A stretch of 64,000 nt of DNA, taken from NCBI RefSeq assembly GCF_009914755.1, contig NC_060927.1; one strand, 5' to 3'. Source of the DNA: the human T2T-CHM13v2.0 reference genome, Homo sapiens. The first letter of the stretch is position 1; each line of letters begins with the position of its first letter. This document shows positions 40,013 through 55,474 of the stretch, in pieces. The position numbers and the translations under genes are program-made. The notes under the pieces were generated by a model. The model ran no database searches, had not been told where the DNA came from, and was given only the letters and a program-made list of their open reading frames with translations.

Positions 40013-42769
40013 TAAATGTTACACAATTTTTAATATTAAACCAATGGCGAGAAAAATGGCAAGAGAGCTACACAATAGTTCAACATTTCTAAGTGAAAAG
40101 GACAGAGTTTAGTCATTTAGTAAGTTACTTGGTATTCCTGACATCAAGCTGTACACAAAACATCCAGGAAGCTGACTGCATTTTTTAACTTTTCAAGAAT
40201 TTTCTGAAAAGTTAGAACATAGAAATTTTACGTTTTTTTGAATTTTAACATGTTACCCTAATGTGTTTTTTTCATTGTCAATATCCCCAACCCCCTTAAA
40301 AGGTACCTGATGTAATTCTAAACAGCAGAATTAAATCCCAAGTCCTTTTAATTTTGTATACTTTGCTGCTATAATCATCAATGGTGAATAAAATGACTCT
40401 GTTATGACTTCCCCAAAATCTCTCAATGAATCAGTGAATTTTGGATAAAAGCTTCTTTGCTCCACTCAGTTTAATCTTCAGTTCAGTGATCTATATGTGT
40501 CCATTAAGGTCAAATGACAATTCATTGGCTTTGAAAAATATCAGAAATATTCCCAGGGCAAAAGATCCCCATGTCATTGAATGTATTTAAGGTAAGTGGT
40601 TTTGACTTAAGCAAAGATTTCTACTTAACCCAGGAGAAAAGCAGTCACTCTTTGGAAATACCACAGAATTCAGGAAAGTGAAGTGAATAATAGCAAAGGA
40701 TTAAATTTACCTATTCCGGCAGGTACATGTATCTACTGAGTATATACAGGAACGCGATGGCTCCACTCACGTGTCATTTGTGGACAACCCTCTTCTGCTC
40801 AACCCAGGAGCATGATCCTCCCCCTGTGGCCCTCAGTCCTTAGTCATGCAGCTATGTCATAACAGAGATTAGTGGGAACATAAGCGCCTTCCCTCTCTTG
40901 TTCAGCATGCATGCTCCATTCAAGGAGGTTTGAAAATCTCTCTTTGCTATTTGAAAATGGGATTCCATCCAGAGGATATCAACATCTATTTCAAAATTTG
41001 CCAACAGAAAATAAAAGCAAATCATAAATTTAGAGAGTCAGTTTATTGGGACTGAATTATAGCTACAAAAAATAAATCGAAGAGTAGCTTAAAGCTTATG
41101 GAAAGTAAGGGCCATAGACATGACTGATACGCTATGCATTCATTCATTCATCCCGTTGTTTGCTCCTTCAACAGATATTTACGGGTCACCTACTGTGGAT
41201 CATCAACCATTCATTTAACAAGCATTTACGGCCCACCCATTCATTCATTTGTCGAATTAGTATTGTACGTGCCAGATCACACCGGTTTGTCCATTTTAAT
41301 CAACAGATAATTACTGAGCACTTGCTGAGTGTCAGACTTGAACAGGATCTAGAAGACAGTCCCAAATGCATGGGTGAGGTGGGAGCCTCCTAAATATGTT
41401 TGTAAACATATCCTGGATGTTACTGCTGCATGGGCTGTCGTTAGGCCTGTGGCCTCTTAGCTCAGTAGTCCTGGAAGAGGGCTAAAGGGCTGAAAGCCCA
41501 AGTTCAACATTAGGGATTCCTCCTTGTGCTGGCTGGCTAACCCTAGAAATCTGTCCAAAGGGGGTCCAGCAAGCAAGTGAGTCACTCACCATTAGGAGAC
41601 AAACACTCTGCAGTGGCCATTTCATTGGCAGGGCTTCCAAGCACTGTCATCCAACAGATGAGGCACTTTGGACTCTGGCTGGTTTGAGACAGGGAGAACT
41701 TAGAACTAACACAGTCTCTTGTTTACAATCCCCACTACCCCACAGCAAATACAATTTTCTTCTACTTCTCTTCAAATGCACTCCCTCTAGTCTGTGCTGA
41801 GCATTTTACATACATAATATCATTGAGCCTGACTGGAATATTAGTAATGCATATTAATATTCCAGTGTTACAGATGAGGAGAGTAAGCTCCAAAAGATGA
41901 AGCAACTTGCCCAAGGTCACATAGGCAGAATTTAAATGAGCCCTGTAAATCAAAAGCCGTGATTCCTGCAAAGGGCAAAAGCAGAGGGGAGCAGTAGAAA
42001 AATATGAGGAGAGATGGAGAGAGATAGAAGGGAAGAGCCAAGAGAGGTGGGAAGGATGGAAGAAAAGGATGGAGAAGGGAATTAGGAAGAAAGAAAGGTG
42101 CCAAGACAATTCTTCCAGAAGAGCAGTGAGAAAGAATTACATTTGTCCTCTACTTGTCATCTACAGAGGTTAAAATGAAATCCTGGCAGGATTTCAAATT
42201 ACTGTATTCATGTTTAAGTCAAAATTGTATCCATTTGCCTGTTGTCATACATCTCATGAAGGGTTGACAAGGCCAAAATTAGGTGGCTTCTTTCTACTTG
42301 TTTTGTTTTGAACCCAGCAGTGCAGACTCATAATGGCACATTCTTCAGTTTGCTTCCAGGCATCTTCCTTATGTGACAGCCGTCACTGTTCATCATGGAG
42401 TTTTCACTTGAGCCTTAAGACCATGTTCATACCTTTGAACGGTGTCACCCATTCAGGGACTTGATTTCCAGGGGGATCATCAATTTCTTCCTTTTTGGAA
42501 AACTCATTAGATTATCTACTATGTATGTGCCAGGAATTATGCTAATCAGTGGGGATGGTGAACTAAATGAGCCGCGGCTCCCGCTCTCAAGGACTCACAA
42601 TAAAGCAGAGTATCCAGGCCTGTACAATAAGGATGATGAGAGTAACACTGATTAATGCTACACAATGAGGTACGTGGGAGACACGAGGCATAGAGGAAAA
42701 GCAGACACACTACTGAAGAAAGAAGACAAAGGATTATGACAGCTACGGAGACAGAGCACCTAGTCGGAA

Positions 42770-43283
42770 CACCTGTCCAGCATCAATTCTTTCTTCTGCT
42801 GTTAAGAGCACCTTTGACTCTCCTCTGAGGACTCACCTATACTCTCCTTCCAGGACAGATGATTTGGTGGGGCTAGCTCCACCCCCTGACTTAAGGTAGG
42901 GGCATGTGACTCAGGTCGGGCCCATCAGAAGAGTCACGTGACACAGACTAGATTAACAGAGATAGTCTCAGGATTTTTTTTTTCCCCAATAGAGACATAG
43001 GGGAGCCAACTTTCCTTTGAAATTTTTAACCTGTTTGGCTCTAAATGTGGAGTTTCTGGGTAAGGGTTGGGGGGCATCATATAACAAAAGCAACACTGAA
43101 AATGAAGGCAGTCTAGAAGTAAACAAAGCCCAGCAATGCCAAGAAAAATGAGACACTGGTCTTCTGACCTCGTTAGAGCCCTCGGGTCCAATTGTGCCTA
43201 AGGCCATTATCCTCCTTGTCTTCTTTCTCTATTTAGTGAAATCAAGGTTTATCCCTTGCAGTTGAAAGAGCTCTGACAATACA
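42770..43283 (+). mobile_element. LTR16-like ERVL LTR
   Basis: gggcatgtgactcagg...cttgcagttgaaagagctctgacaatac. Confidence 0.5.
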
Positions 43284-43892
43284 AAAATGCTTGGTTGTTT
43301 TAGGAAAATTAATGTTTAAGTAAAAAAGGCAAAGTCAGGTTTAGAGTTAAATGGAAGATACCTGTTCCCTGCTGGGATTTGGATAGCCTCACAGAGGTTA
43401 CAGGAGTTTTGATCTTCTCTTGAGGCAGAATATCTTGTCGGGCTAGGAAGAAACCACGGGAAGTGAATGCTGATGAATTAATGGTGCAGAGTGGGAGGTG
43501 ATTCCATGTGTGAGTAAAGCAAGCGGCTTGGGAGTACTCTGAGGACAAGTCCATGAATGCAAAGCGGGAAGACAGTAGGTGAGGAGTTTCTCTTAGAGAC
43601 AGACCACTCTGAGGCTGACTGACAGAAGATGCAGCCTGTGACCTACACCTACACCTACAGGACATCTGGCTTTGACATATTTGGGACTATCAGTGGAAAA
43701 GTCACCAACTGTCTTTGAAAAGTACTCTTGATTTCCATGTTTTTTCTGATACTATTTCATTTGGAAACATAATTTAAATGGTTTAAGTAAACTAAATCCA
43801 TTAGCGGTTGACTTTAAGTCTTAAAATCTAAATTTTCACAGGGGAGAAGAAAAGACCTTAGATGCCCTATGCCCATTAGAAATAAAATTTAA

Positions 43893-44204
<312 letters not shown>

Positions 44205-47200
44205 TTAAATTAACTAGATTTTTCCTGTGGATTCAGCAATTTATCCCACAGTAAATACTTACTGTAAGCCTCCTGTGTACCAGGCAGGGCCACAGAGTTG
44301 GGCAAAAATTAGATAAAATTTCTGCCCTTCTGGAAATGAGAAAACAGGATTTACAGTGTTTACCATGAGTTTTTTTCTTAGTAAATGTCAGCTCTTCATA
44401 GCTACCCTGCAGGATTGCACCTGGAAAATCAAGAGCTTGGGCTAAATCAGTATTGACAGAAAAATATACTATGGGAATTTGCATAAATCCCTGACACAAA
44501 GTTATTTCCTTTTGATTTGCTATTTTCCTAAATCTAAAGGGCTCACAGAATGAGAATATTGTTAATGGATGGCCATGAATACCCAGGTTAAGCACAAGCT
44601 CTGATGAGTTAAGTTTTGGTTCACTAAGAACTAGCACTCATTATATTTCCTCATGACACTAGAAAATACGTGCAGTTACTATTACACATATTATTAATGT
44701 GGAAAATGCTTCCTGACAGCTTGTCATGTATTGGACATTGTGCTAAGCATAAAGGTAGCACAGGAACACTGAGTGATTTGCTTGGGGCTACTCAGCCAGG
44801 AAGTGGCAGAGACAGGGCTCAAACCTGTCTGTTTGACCCCAAAAGTCTATGAATTACTGAAGTAGAAATATTCTGAGTAATTCCCTGTGGCCATGAAATC
44901 ATAGTTACTTCCTCAGAGCTTCGTGTACTATTTAGATAGAGGAGAAAGCCTGGTTTACCACAGGAGTTCCAGCACCAACAAAGAGAATCAGAGATTTCAT
45001 AGTGATGACAAGTTCTGCTTTCAATAGAGGACTTTCCTTAGTTATAAAGAGGGAAAGAACATGACTCTGTAATAATGACTTCATTAAATGCAGCCTTACC
45101 CATCTATGGCCCTAAAACATTACCAACCAGAATCAAAAAAGAGGTAGAACGTTTTCTCTCTTGAGAATTTTCCAAGACTTTACAAACATGACCCCATTAA
45201 TCCACTCAATACCCGGATGAGATAGGTAGTTGGAAGTTATTATTATTATCACTTTCAAGATAGAATATCTGAAGCCAAGAGAGATTAAGCAATTAGTTTG
45301 GGGTCAAATGGTGAGCCAGAGACAGGCCTGGGAATGAAACAATTATCTTCCGAAATTCCAATCAAATGCAGAAACTGATTGGCTGGCTACCACTATGTGC
45401 TAATATCCAGTTATATGCCCTCCTCCTTAAATGACTGGCCTTAAATGAGATTTCTGCAGCTGCATCGAACTGGATTGGTTCAACAGCAATGTCCAAACTG
45501 ACATCAGATTTTTCTAAAGTATTGGCTAAAAAATAAAAAATGCAACTCCTTGCTCCAAATGTGGTATTCATTTTACCTAGTTCTTACATTTAATCAGACC
45601 TGTGCACGCACAGTTTTGGAGGATAAAGGGAGAATTGTTCTACAAAGAAGTGCTGGTTGTGTGTTCTTTTCTTTAGAGAATCTGTAGAACGTAGAAAGGT
45701 TTAGGGAGCATCTTGAAATTTCTCTGATGTTGAGACTGAGAAAAGATGAACATAAATGATCTTTGAATTGTACAAAATCTGGAATCCAATTACTCACCTT
45801 TGAGCTCATGTTCACTCGTCAGTCAAATACCCTTTACTCTTTTCATCTGTGTACTTTTAACAGTAGGTACAGTTGTATAATCCAAAGTCATCAGTTAGGA
45901 AAAGAGAAGGCTTCCAGGTGGGCCAAGAGAAATCTATTCTTTGAGCTAATAACTCCAAGGGCATACGCAAAGAAAATTGGTCTGTTGGAGAAAATGCTAT
46001 TAATGACCCCTCTTGTCCAATTTTGTAAAAGGCCCTGCCCCTCCAAATTCCTGAAGCAAATTTTTATTCCTTTCTGTCCACCTGAGTCTTTGGTGATTTA
46101 AAATAAATTACTCTGTTATCAATTTTGACTGGTTTGGGGCAAGGTGAGGTTTTGGTGAAATCGTTATTATCAAAAGGAAAATAAGGCCCCATTTAGTTAG
46201 ATTGGTGGGAGGGCAACAACCCCTTTACAACTAGCCACACGTCATGCTATGAGCTTGTTCTTTAAGAATTCAGTGGCCACTTCTGGATTTGTTGGATTTC
46301 AGTTTCTTTGAGCAGCCAAATCAGACTCTTGGAGAAATTCTTCTCCCATGACTTCATAATTTCTGGAAGTACAGGAGATTTGGGACTGGTCACCTTAAGA
46401 AATTCCAATTCTGTCTCCTATCACTGCTCAATCTGTTCAATCTTTTTTCGACCCCTTTGGTCTTGTGCTGATGGGGTCAGCTCCTTTCAGAAAACACCAA
46501 CTGTGACCCATGCCTACTGCAGGAATGCTAGCTTGCTAATGCACAGACATTGTGGGGAAACAATTTTAAAGCTTATCCATTTTCTTTCTTTTTTTCAAAA
46601 ATCAAACACTTTTTGTGGAATCAAAAGTCAAGACAATTCCTTCACTGCAACTTAGTTCCACCTTGTTTCTCTCAAGCTAAAAACATAATGTTCAGAAACC
46701 AGAACATCAACTAGAGTTTGGGACCCAAATCTGACACCTTGCAAAGAACTATCTTAAGCATTTCCAAATGGAGTTATAATGTCTTGATATTTCCAAAAGT
46801 CCTAGTAGGTTTCAGACATGGGATATTTTCATAGAACTCATTAAGCTACTATGTTTGAAGAATGTTGAACAGCATGGCAAAGAATCATGCTGTAAAATCA
46901 ACTAAGACAGGCATTTTGTATTACAAAAGAAACATTGAAAACCACGGCTACGGATTTTGGACATAGGCAAAGATACTGAGACCTAATCAACCCATGGCTA
47001 ATCCTAAAGCCTTAAATTCTTATAGATGTGTGAATATGTAGCATTTGTGTGGGAAAGAGGAAATGGTCCTATTCAAACTGAAGGCTTATGGTGCTTATGC
47101 CATACTGGCATTAGGCCTTTTTCTGTTTTTCTAACCAGGCCCACATTTCTTATCACACAAGTTGGGCAGGTCTTTCCTGAATTTTTAAAACCTGGTGTTT

Positions 47201-47770
47201 TATTGTCCAAAACTCTTGCTTTTAACTTGAGTTCATGTGTCTTGTGGAAGTACAAGTGGTAATTATACAAGTCTTTCCTTCCCTGTCATTGGCAACAGTA
47301 ACCAGGGAAATTTACAGCCCCCAATATCCAGATCTGGAAACTGGTTATTAAACGTGGTCAAGGAAAACCCTGACGTGGCAAATGGGATCTGAGCAAGGAC
47401 CAGCTCAGCAGTGGTTCTTGTGAGAGAATGGCTGGGAGTCAGCAATCTTACTTGATTGAACATTTTTATTATTTGTGATTTTATTACTGGTAATAATACC
47501 TATCATTTCCATTTGTTCAGGATCTATTATGTGGTTGGCATTGTGTTAAATGACCATTTGATCCTTGTTAAAAAACAAAAACCCAAACCTTCTGGAGTTG
47601 TATTACAATTTTAGGATGAGGAAACAAACACAGAGAGACTGAATAACTGGCCAAGGATTACTTATTTGGCATGCTGTGGAGTCAGGATTTTAAGAGACTA
47701 TAAACCCAGATGCACTCAGGGGTCAGGCAGGTTACACACAAGGGTGAAGTTGGCCAGGTGTAACATTTTA

Positions 47771-48169
<399 letters not shown>

Positions 48170-48191
48170 CAGGAGTTAGAGAATAAATTTT

Positions 48192-48514
48192 GGGGCACGG
48201 TGGCTCACACCTGTAATTTCAGAACTTTGGGAGGCCAAGACAGGTGGATCACTTGAGGTCAGGAGTTCAAGACAAGCCTGGCCAATATGGAGAAACCCTG
48301 TCTCCACTAAAAATACAAAAATTAGCCAGACATGGTGGCACAGGCCTGTAATCTCAGCTACTCGGGTGGCTGAGGCAGGATTGCTTGAGCCTGGGAGGCG
48401 GAGGTTGCAGCAAGCCAAGATCATGCCACTGCACTCCAGCCTGAGCGACAGGGTGAGACTCTGTCTCAAAAAAATAAAAATAAAATAAAAAAAGAAAGAA
48501 AGAAAAGAAAGAAA
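48192..48514 (+). mobile_element. AluS-like
   Basis: Full dimer with an A-rich tail. Confidence 0.9.
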
Positions 48515-48670
48515 TTTTTAAGACATAGTGCCTGCCCCCAAAAAACAAAAACAAACAAACAGAAGAAACCCTGAAGCCTACATTTATTCCATAGGCCTTA
48601 GTTTTCCAACCCCTGTGATGTGAAACTGGATTAATGCTTGATGGCATTAAAATTTTTTAGGGTAAACCCC

Positions 48671-48962
<292 letters not shown>

Positions 48963-49278
48963 TAGGCTAAACCTTTCAAATAAGATAAAACAGAGAGGTA
49001 GAAAAGTACACAAATTGTAAGTATATCACTTGATGAATTTTCACAAACTGAACATGATCATGTAATAAATTTCCAGGTCAAGAATCCCAACTCCTAACCC
49101 TATATATTAATTTTGTCTTTTTCTGAGCTTTATATAGATAGAATCACACAGTATGTCCTCTTTTGTACATCTGCTTTCACCCAGTAGGCTGTAAGATTTG
49201 TTCCTGTAGCAGCAGGAAGCAATGGTTCCTTCTGAAGAGCTTTTATTCTCAAATCTGGTGCTTGATTTATTCACCCGA

Positions 49279-49653
49279 CATATTAGTTCATTCTAATGCT
49301 GCTATAAAGAACTGCCCAAGACTGGGTAATTTATAAAGGAAAGAGGTTTAATTGACTCACAGTTCAGCATGGCTCAGGAGGCCTCAGGAAACTTACTATC
49401 ATGGTGGTAGGCAAAGGGGAAGCAAGGCACTTTCTTCACAAGGTGGCAGCAGGGAGAAGTGCAAGCAGGGGAAATGCCAGAGGCTTATAAAATCATCAGA
49501 TCTCGTGAGAACTCACTATCATGAGAACAGCATGGGGGAAACCGCCCCACTGATCCGGTCACCTTCCACCAGATCCCTCCCGCGACATGTGGGGATTATG
49601 GGAACTACGGTTCAAGATGACATTTGGGTGGGAACATAGCCAAACCACTATCA
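49279..49653 (-). mobile_element. THE1-family solo LTR, oriented toward WNT5A
   Basis: THE1 hallmarks, ~375 bp, and a 5-bp TSD CCCGA/CCTGA. Confidence 0.9.
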
Positions 49654-52069
49654 CCTGAGTATCTTATACCTATGCAAGGAAGGAGGAAGACTTCCTTCTC
49701 TGAATGTACATTCTAAAAATGAAAACAAGCGGCTCTAGGACTTTGTTAGAGTTGTGGAAGAGTTTTGCTATTAAAATGTGTTTTCTCATGAATTGCCTTG
49801 TTCTGTCCACTCACATCCCATATCAGGTAGTTGGGAGCTATGTTGTTCCCACTGATTATATTCAAAAACAGAGGTCACATGCAGTTACGTGACTGTATGC
49901 TTTTCCCAAGCACAGGTGTCGCAAAATGGTTAGACAACTGAGATTTTAGTTGAGGTATATTGATTACCAATCTGATGCTATTGTCACCTGAACACACACC
50001 CCTTAGCATGGTACCCAAGGCCCTCTCCCACCTCAGGGTTGGGGGGGATCTGTTCAGTCCTCTGTCACTCGGTGCTCCATCTGCAACCCCAAGGATGTTC
50101 AGGGATGCCTGTGAGGTGAGCTGGGCTGGTGCCCAGAGACTGAGGGCTTGGAAGAAATCCAAGAGGCCCGAGGGTAGCAAGGTTAAATACAGTGCACTGA
50201 GCTTTATCTAGGCTCTCCTTTTCCTTGTGTCTTGATTTCCCGTGGGAGCCACAGCCTTTCTGTGTGGTAGTCCATTCTCTTGTACTATTGGTTAACTATG
50301 GAAGTCAGTGATGAAGCCACCAGCCTCTTCAGGCCCTGTGTGCCATGTGGCCACGTTAGAGACCAAATGCATCCCAGAAACACTAAGTGGGATCTGAACC
50401 TCAGCCCCTAATGTCTCACTGGTCTGACCTGTGAGATACCTCAATACCTGCCCTAAGCAGAAGAGCCTGCTGGGCACTGGGTTCAAAGCCTGGCTCCACC
50501 ACTTACTATCTGGGGGACCCTGGATGAGGTACGTAAACTCTGTAGGCCTTCTTTTCCTTGTCTGTAAAGTGAGGTCAATGATAGTGCCTGCCTCAAGGGA
50601 TTCCTATGAGGATAAGAGTTCATGTAAGCAAAGCCTTTAGCACAACACTGGCATCAAATATACAATCTGGAATTGCATGCTGCTTCTGGTCATCTCTGTG
50701 GTGCTCCATTTCCTTCACTGTAAAATGTGGGTCATGACAGTATCTACCTCGTGGGACTGTTGTCAGGAATAAACAGAGTCTATCCACCTAAGTCCTTAGC
50801 ATTGTGGCCAGGTTCTTAGCAAATGCTCAATAATGTTCAGTTATTTATTAGTAGTATGATTATTATTACAGATCAGTAATTCTATGAATTAGGATGTCTC
50901 TCCAATCTTTTGTAATGGCAGTCCACAGATATCAGATGCAGTCAAACCTCCAGAGTACCAAACTTAAGTCTATGTGCTTCCATGGAGCTAAAGGTACAGA
51001 TGAACCTGCAGTTGGAGTCCAGCAGTGTGTCAGCCTGGTAACCTTCTTACCAAAAAGACCAACTTGTGGGTAAAGAAGCAAAGGTTCCATGTGGCCAGAT
51101 GGGTTTACGTAGCCAGGCCTGAATGCCAGCTGCTGCTTCAGGAAATTCTAGGAGGCAAGAAATTCTTGTCCAGCAAGAAGTTCTCTTTCTATAAAAAGGC
51201 AACAGAATGGAAAGGGCCAACAACTTTGCACGTCCCCCCAAAAGTACCCAACTTTGAGGGAAGGTCACATGTGGTGGCTTTGAGCCCAGAAATGTTTCTT
51301 TGAGTACAGAAACAAAATGATATTTCCCCCATGTTGTTAAGGGGCAGCTGGAGGGAGGTTTTGTTCCTTCCTCTCCTTCTCAAAGAGCTTCAGGGACACA
51401 TCTTCCTGTTTCAAGAGCTCTGAGGACAGTCTTGGTTTGCCATGAACTTACCATGTATGTGTGGATCAGTCACTTCTGACTTGGCCTCAGTTTCTCCATC
51501 TGGTAAAATGAAGATGTTGGATTACATGACATCTAACATACTTTCTAGCTCTGACAATCAATTACTCAGTGATTTCAGCCATGGTAAGAATTGGAAATTC
51601 ATCCCCTGGCATATAAATCAAACCATTAAAGGAACCAGGGGCTGGTTCTGCAGGCTAAAAAAGGACAGCTAGCAATGAGGTTCTTCACTGATCCACAGAC
51701 ACGCTGTGAAGGCTGGTGAGCCCTTGCATGGACGATTGTGTGTGTATCCAAGTGGTGGCAGGGCTAGCTAGTATTTTTGCCTGCCTAGCTTTCTTGTCCC
51801 TCTCTTCTAGAATAGAATCCATTTTCCCTTGTTGGAAACTGCTCCCCCCACCCCCACCAGTGAGGCTGTCAACCACATGGCCTTGAAAAAGGTAATTGTT
51901 TGCATGATCCAAAAAAGAATCACCAAGTGTCCCTTTAGGGGACAGATGTAGATGTAGCTCAGAGAGTTAGTCTCTCCTCTAAAAATCAAAAGTACTCAAA
52001 GCTGTTGGAAGTCATCTTTACAACCAAGTGGAGAGAGCTTACCAGAGTCCAAAGCCAACCCAATAGAAA

Positions 52070-52285
52070 GTGCAGAGGGAAACAGGGAGAGAAGAAGGAG
52101 GGGAAAGGGAGAAGAAGGGGAGAGGGAGGGAGAGACAAGAAAAGGGAGAAAGAAAAAGGGAAGAGACAAAAGATGAGAAGGAGGAAGAGAGGGAGGGATC
52201 AGGAGAGACAGAGGAAGAGATTGAGAGAGTGAGAAAGAGAAAGGTAAAAAGAGAAAGGAAAGAAGAAAGGAAGAAGGGAGACAAT
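52070..52285 (+). repeat. Polypurine (GA-rich) tract
   Basis: Read directly from sequence. Confidence 0.9.
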
Positions 52286-52504
52286 GACAGTAACTTAAAT
52301 TTCCTAATGTGAACTTCTGATTTTCTAATTTGAACCTCTAGATCCAGATGTACATAAAGGAAGACTTACGTCTTTGCCTTTCCAGTTAAATGAGCCAATG
52401 ACTTCCCTTTTTACTTAAGTCCATAGGGTTCTTCAAATGGGGATCCATGACCCTCAAAATGTTAGAAACTGCACAATTGGAGCATTTATTAGAGATAGAA
52501 TGAA

Positions 52505-52532
52505 CTCACTTCAGAAAGAAACAAGGTTTATT
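52505..52532 (-). terminator. Poly(A) signal of the ERC2-like terminal exon
   Basis: Plus-strand TTTATT at 52527-52532 is AATAAA on the minus strand. Confidence 0.65.
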
Positions 52533-55474
52533 TGATGAATATAAATAAGGCGATCAGCACAAAGTACTTCTCATACACATGACAACAAATTTATGAACTG
52601 TACATACCTTGTACATTGTTCTACTAGACACGAGGTTACAATGACTGGCTAATACATGCCCACTGGTAGTTTCCAGGGTTCCTTAGTTTTATTTATTTAT
52701 TTTTCATATCGATGTCCATAATCACATGGTCAATATCACAACCCACATGCCACTCACTTGAAGAAATATTACAAGAAGCACTATCAAACGAGGGTCTCGG
52801 GGAATTAGATACACTGACCCTGGGCAGCATTCAATCGCCACTCTACACAAAAACATTGCAGATAGAGCTTACGTCAACACATCTGAGGTCTCGTCATAAA
52901 CACTGTTTAAAAAGTAAATTGAAACCCACTTTCAAATGAAAGTTGACACGCTGTTAACGTGCATACTGGATACACAAAAATCATTAAATACAAAATTGAG
53001 ACTGTACATCGAAATCAAATGGGGTATAAAGCACAAGCCTGCTTTTGCACAAAGTAAGACCAACTTCTCCTAAATGTTAGCCCAAACTTCTTTTTTCAAC
53101 TATGTTATGATTAGAAGAAAACCTGTTAAAGTTTGCGCAAAGGAAATAGCTTCCCAACATCACAGTGTTTGTTGTAAACCCAGAGACTATTCTTAATATG
53201 TGAAAAAGGGATATTTTTGGTAACCCCCAAACATCAGAGAATATTACACGAAATGGGAAAGGTTGTTATGTTAGAGAGAATTTAATTTTTAAGGGACTAA
53301 ATTATACGACCTCATAAAGGTAAGATCAGTAATATTTTAACCAATGAAAGTTGGGCAGAAAATGATCCCTCCAAACAAGAGCTGTGACAAAATTGGCACA
53401 TACATAGAAATAGCTAGCTATACATGGGTTGGTTTTTTTTTTCTGTTTCAAGGACCCTATTTTCCCTACTGGATTTCCTACTTCCTACTTCAAGTATTCA
53501 GTTGCAGAGTTCAGGTCAAGACCTGGTTGTAGGAGGCAGTGAGAACCACTTCTTTGAGGACATCCAAACTGTTCACTGGGACACATTTGTGGCCTGGGTT
53601 TTCAGTGCAACATTGTGTCAAAATGTGCTAAATAAGCTTGCAAAGAACTCTGCTTACTTCTCTAACCAAGACCTAGATCCCTCTGATAGTTAAAGGACAA
53701 ACTTTTAAAACATGAATGCATTTGGATTGTTTATGCAACACATAAGCATTACATAGTTTGTTATACTTACTGATGACAAGAACAAAGCCAGAAGCAAGAA
53801 ACCTGCTTGAGTATCTTAACCGCGAATGCACCAAGAAAGAATGGTGCAACTCAGGGACGGTTTCATCTTCCCCGACAAATAAGGTGTTTGTCTTTTAAAT
53901 ATCTCTATGGCTCACAAGAGAGGTCCAGAGTTAATTGCACCAACATTTTAAAAAGTAATAATAATGACTAAATTCAATGCAAGACTTCAGGGACATCTGT
54001 TTAGAATCCTTTCCACAGCAGCAAAGAAAGACAACTATATTTATTAAGGCCACTCATGCTTAAATTCACTGTTTGTCCTTTAAAAATGCAGGTTTTCATC
54101 TCCCACTTGCATACACGTGGAAGGGTTTCTTCCATTGACAAGAAAATGGAGCAATACAAGAGTTGCACATGTTTGCCAGACTCAGTCATGAGTTTTATGA
54201 AGTTATAACAATTTAAATTGTTTCTTAATATTCAGAGGAAGCAGTAGGAGTTTAATTCTCCTTAGTACCATATCACTGTATGTAAAAGACCTCAAAATTT
54301 GGTCTTTTTCCCTGGCATGTGCTTTAAATAATGACTGTATCCACATACATGTTGTGTAGAGCTATATACAGAGACACAGCTTTTGTGATTGTTCCTCATT
54401 CATCAATGTTTTCATGTTTGATGCTGAAAATGCTTTGGAATCCATGTTGCAGACACATTTTCTTTAAAAAAAAAAAAAAGAGAAATGACCCTTCATTTAC
54501 AGAAAATCTAAGCTTACACTGTTTGCACAGCATTTGGATCTTGAAATGTGAATGAGTCCCAGCTTCTTCATGGAGACCTGCATGCACCGGGATGGTAAGA
54601 GTCTGAGGCTTGGTGGCGTCCCCACCGTGGGGATGTGCAGAACACAGGGACTAGAGATATGCAGGTGCCTCAGACTTTTGCCACTCTCCAGTACATGACT
54701 GGGTAGATAAAATTATGAATGATCAATTTAGATGTGCCACGCATTGTCAGAGACACACACCATGTTCTCATAAGGCGATTTCTTGGCAAGCATTAGTGGT
54801 TTAAAAAATTGATTTCTTTTCCAACCTGGCCCAGAGGTGACTACTGGTTACACCCTCAAAATGCGGTTCTTCAAACAACAGATTAAAGAAATAGAGGAGG
54901 GTAAAGGCTCGCAATTTTTGGTGTTTTTTGTTTCTTCGTCAAACACTCCATGCATCATGGTATACAAACACTGCCAACACCACTCACTCACAGCGAATTT
55001 ATACTTTTTGATAATCTAATGCATTAGGAATGACCAATTAGACTGAACCAGCAGGATACTGGAGATGAGGCTAGTTGTCCAACAGAAGCTGAATCCACAG
55101 ATAAAATCCCATGGAGTTCAAATTTATCCAATGATGTTTAAGTAACATAAACAAAATGTTATCAAATAATGACATTCAGCAAAGATGATCACATTCAAAA
55201 TGCCCGCATCCCAACAAAAATGGAGGATCTGTCACTTTTCTCCTCCTCTGCATTCTTCCTTTCCATCATAACCAAATCCATGAGAAATGACATGAGGTGG
55301 TGAAGGAAATATCAAGTAGAACAGAATCACGCTCAATAAGGTAAGTGAAAACTCCCCTTCAGTTCTGATGAGCCGCTCCAGGTGGTGGTGGACAGTGATG
55401 TGAGCCGCACTGCAATACATTATCAGAATATTGCTGCAGAGCTGCATGTTCCCTTTATTCAGCCCTTCTAATAG
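52510..55474 (-). other. ERC2: Terminal (3'UTR) exon of the neighbouring minus-strand gene, most likely ERC2
   Basis: Acceptor TGCTTTCTTGTTGCAG|CTATT at 55474, ~3 kb of repeat-poor AU-rich sequence, and AATAAA at 52532-52527. The identity comes from recalled synteny. Confidence 0.7.

Noticed and set aside
52005-52312. Lys/Arg/Glu-rich and Ser/Leu/Phe-rich ORFs
   Set aside because: Translations of a polypurine tract.
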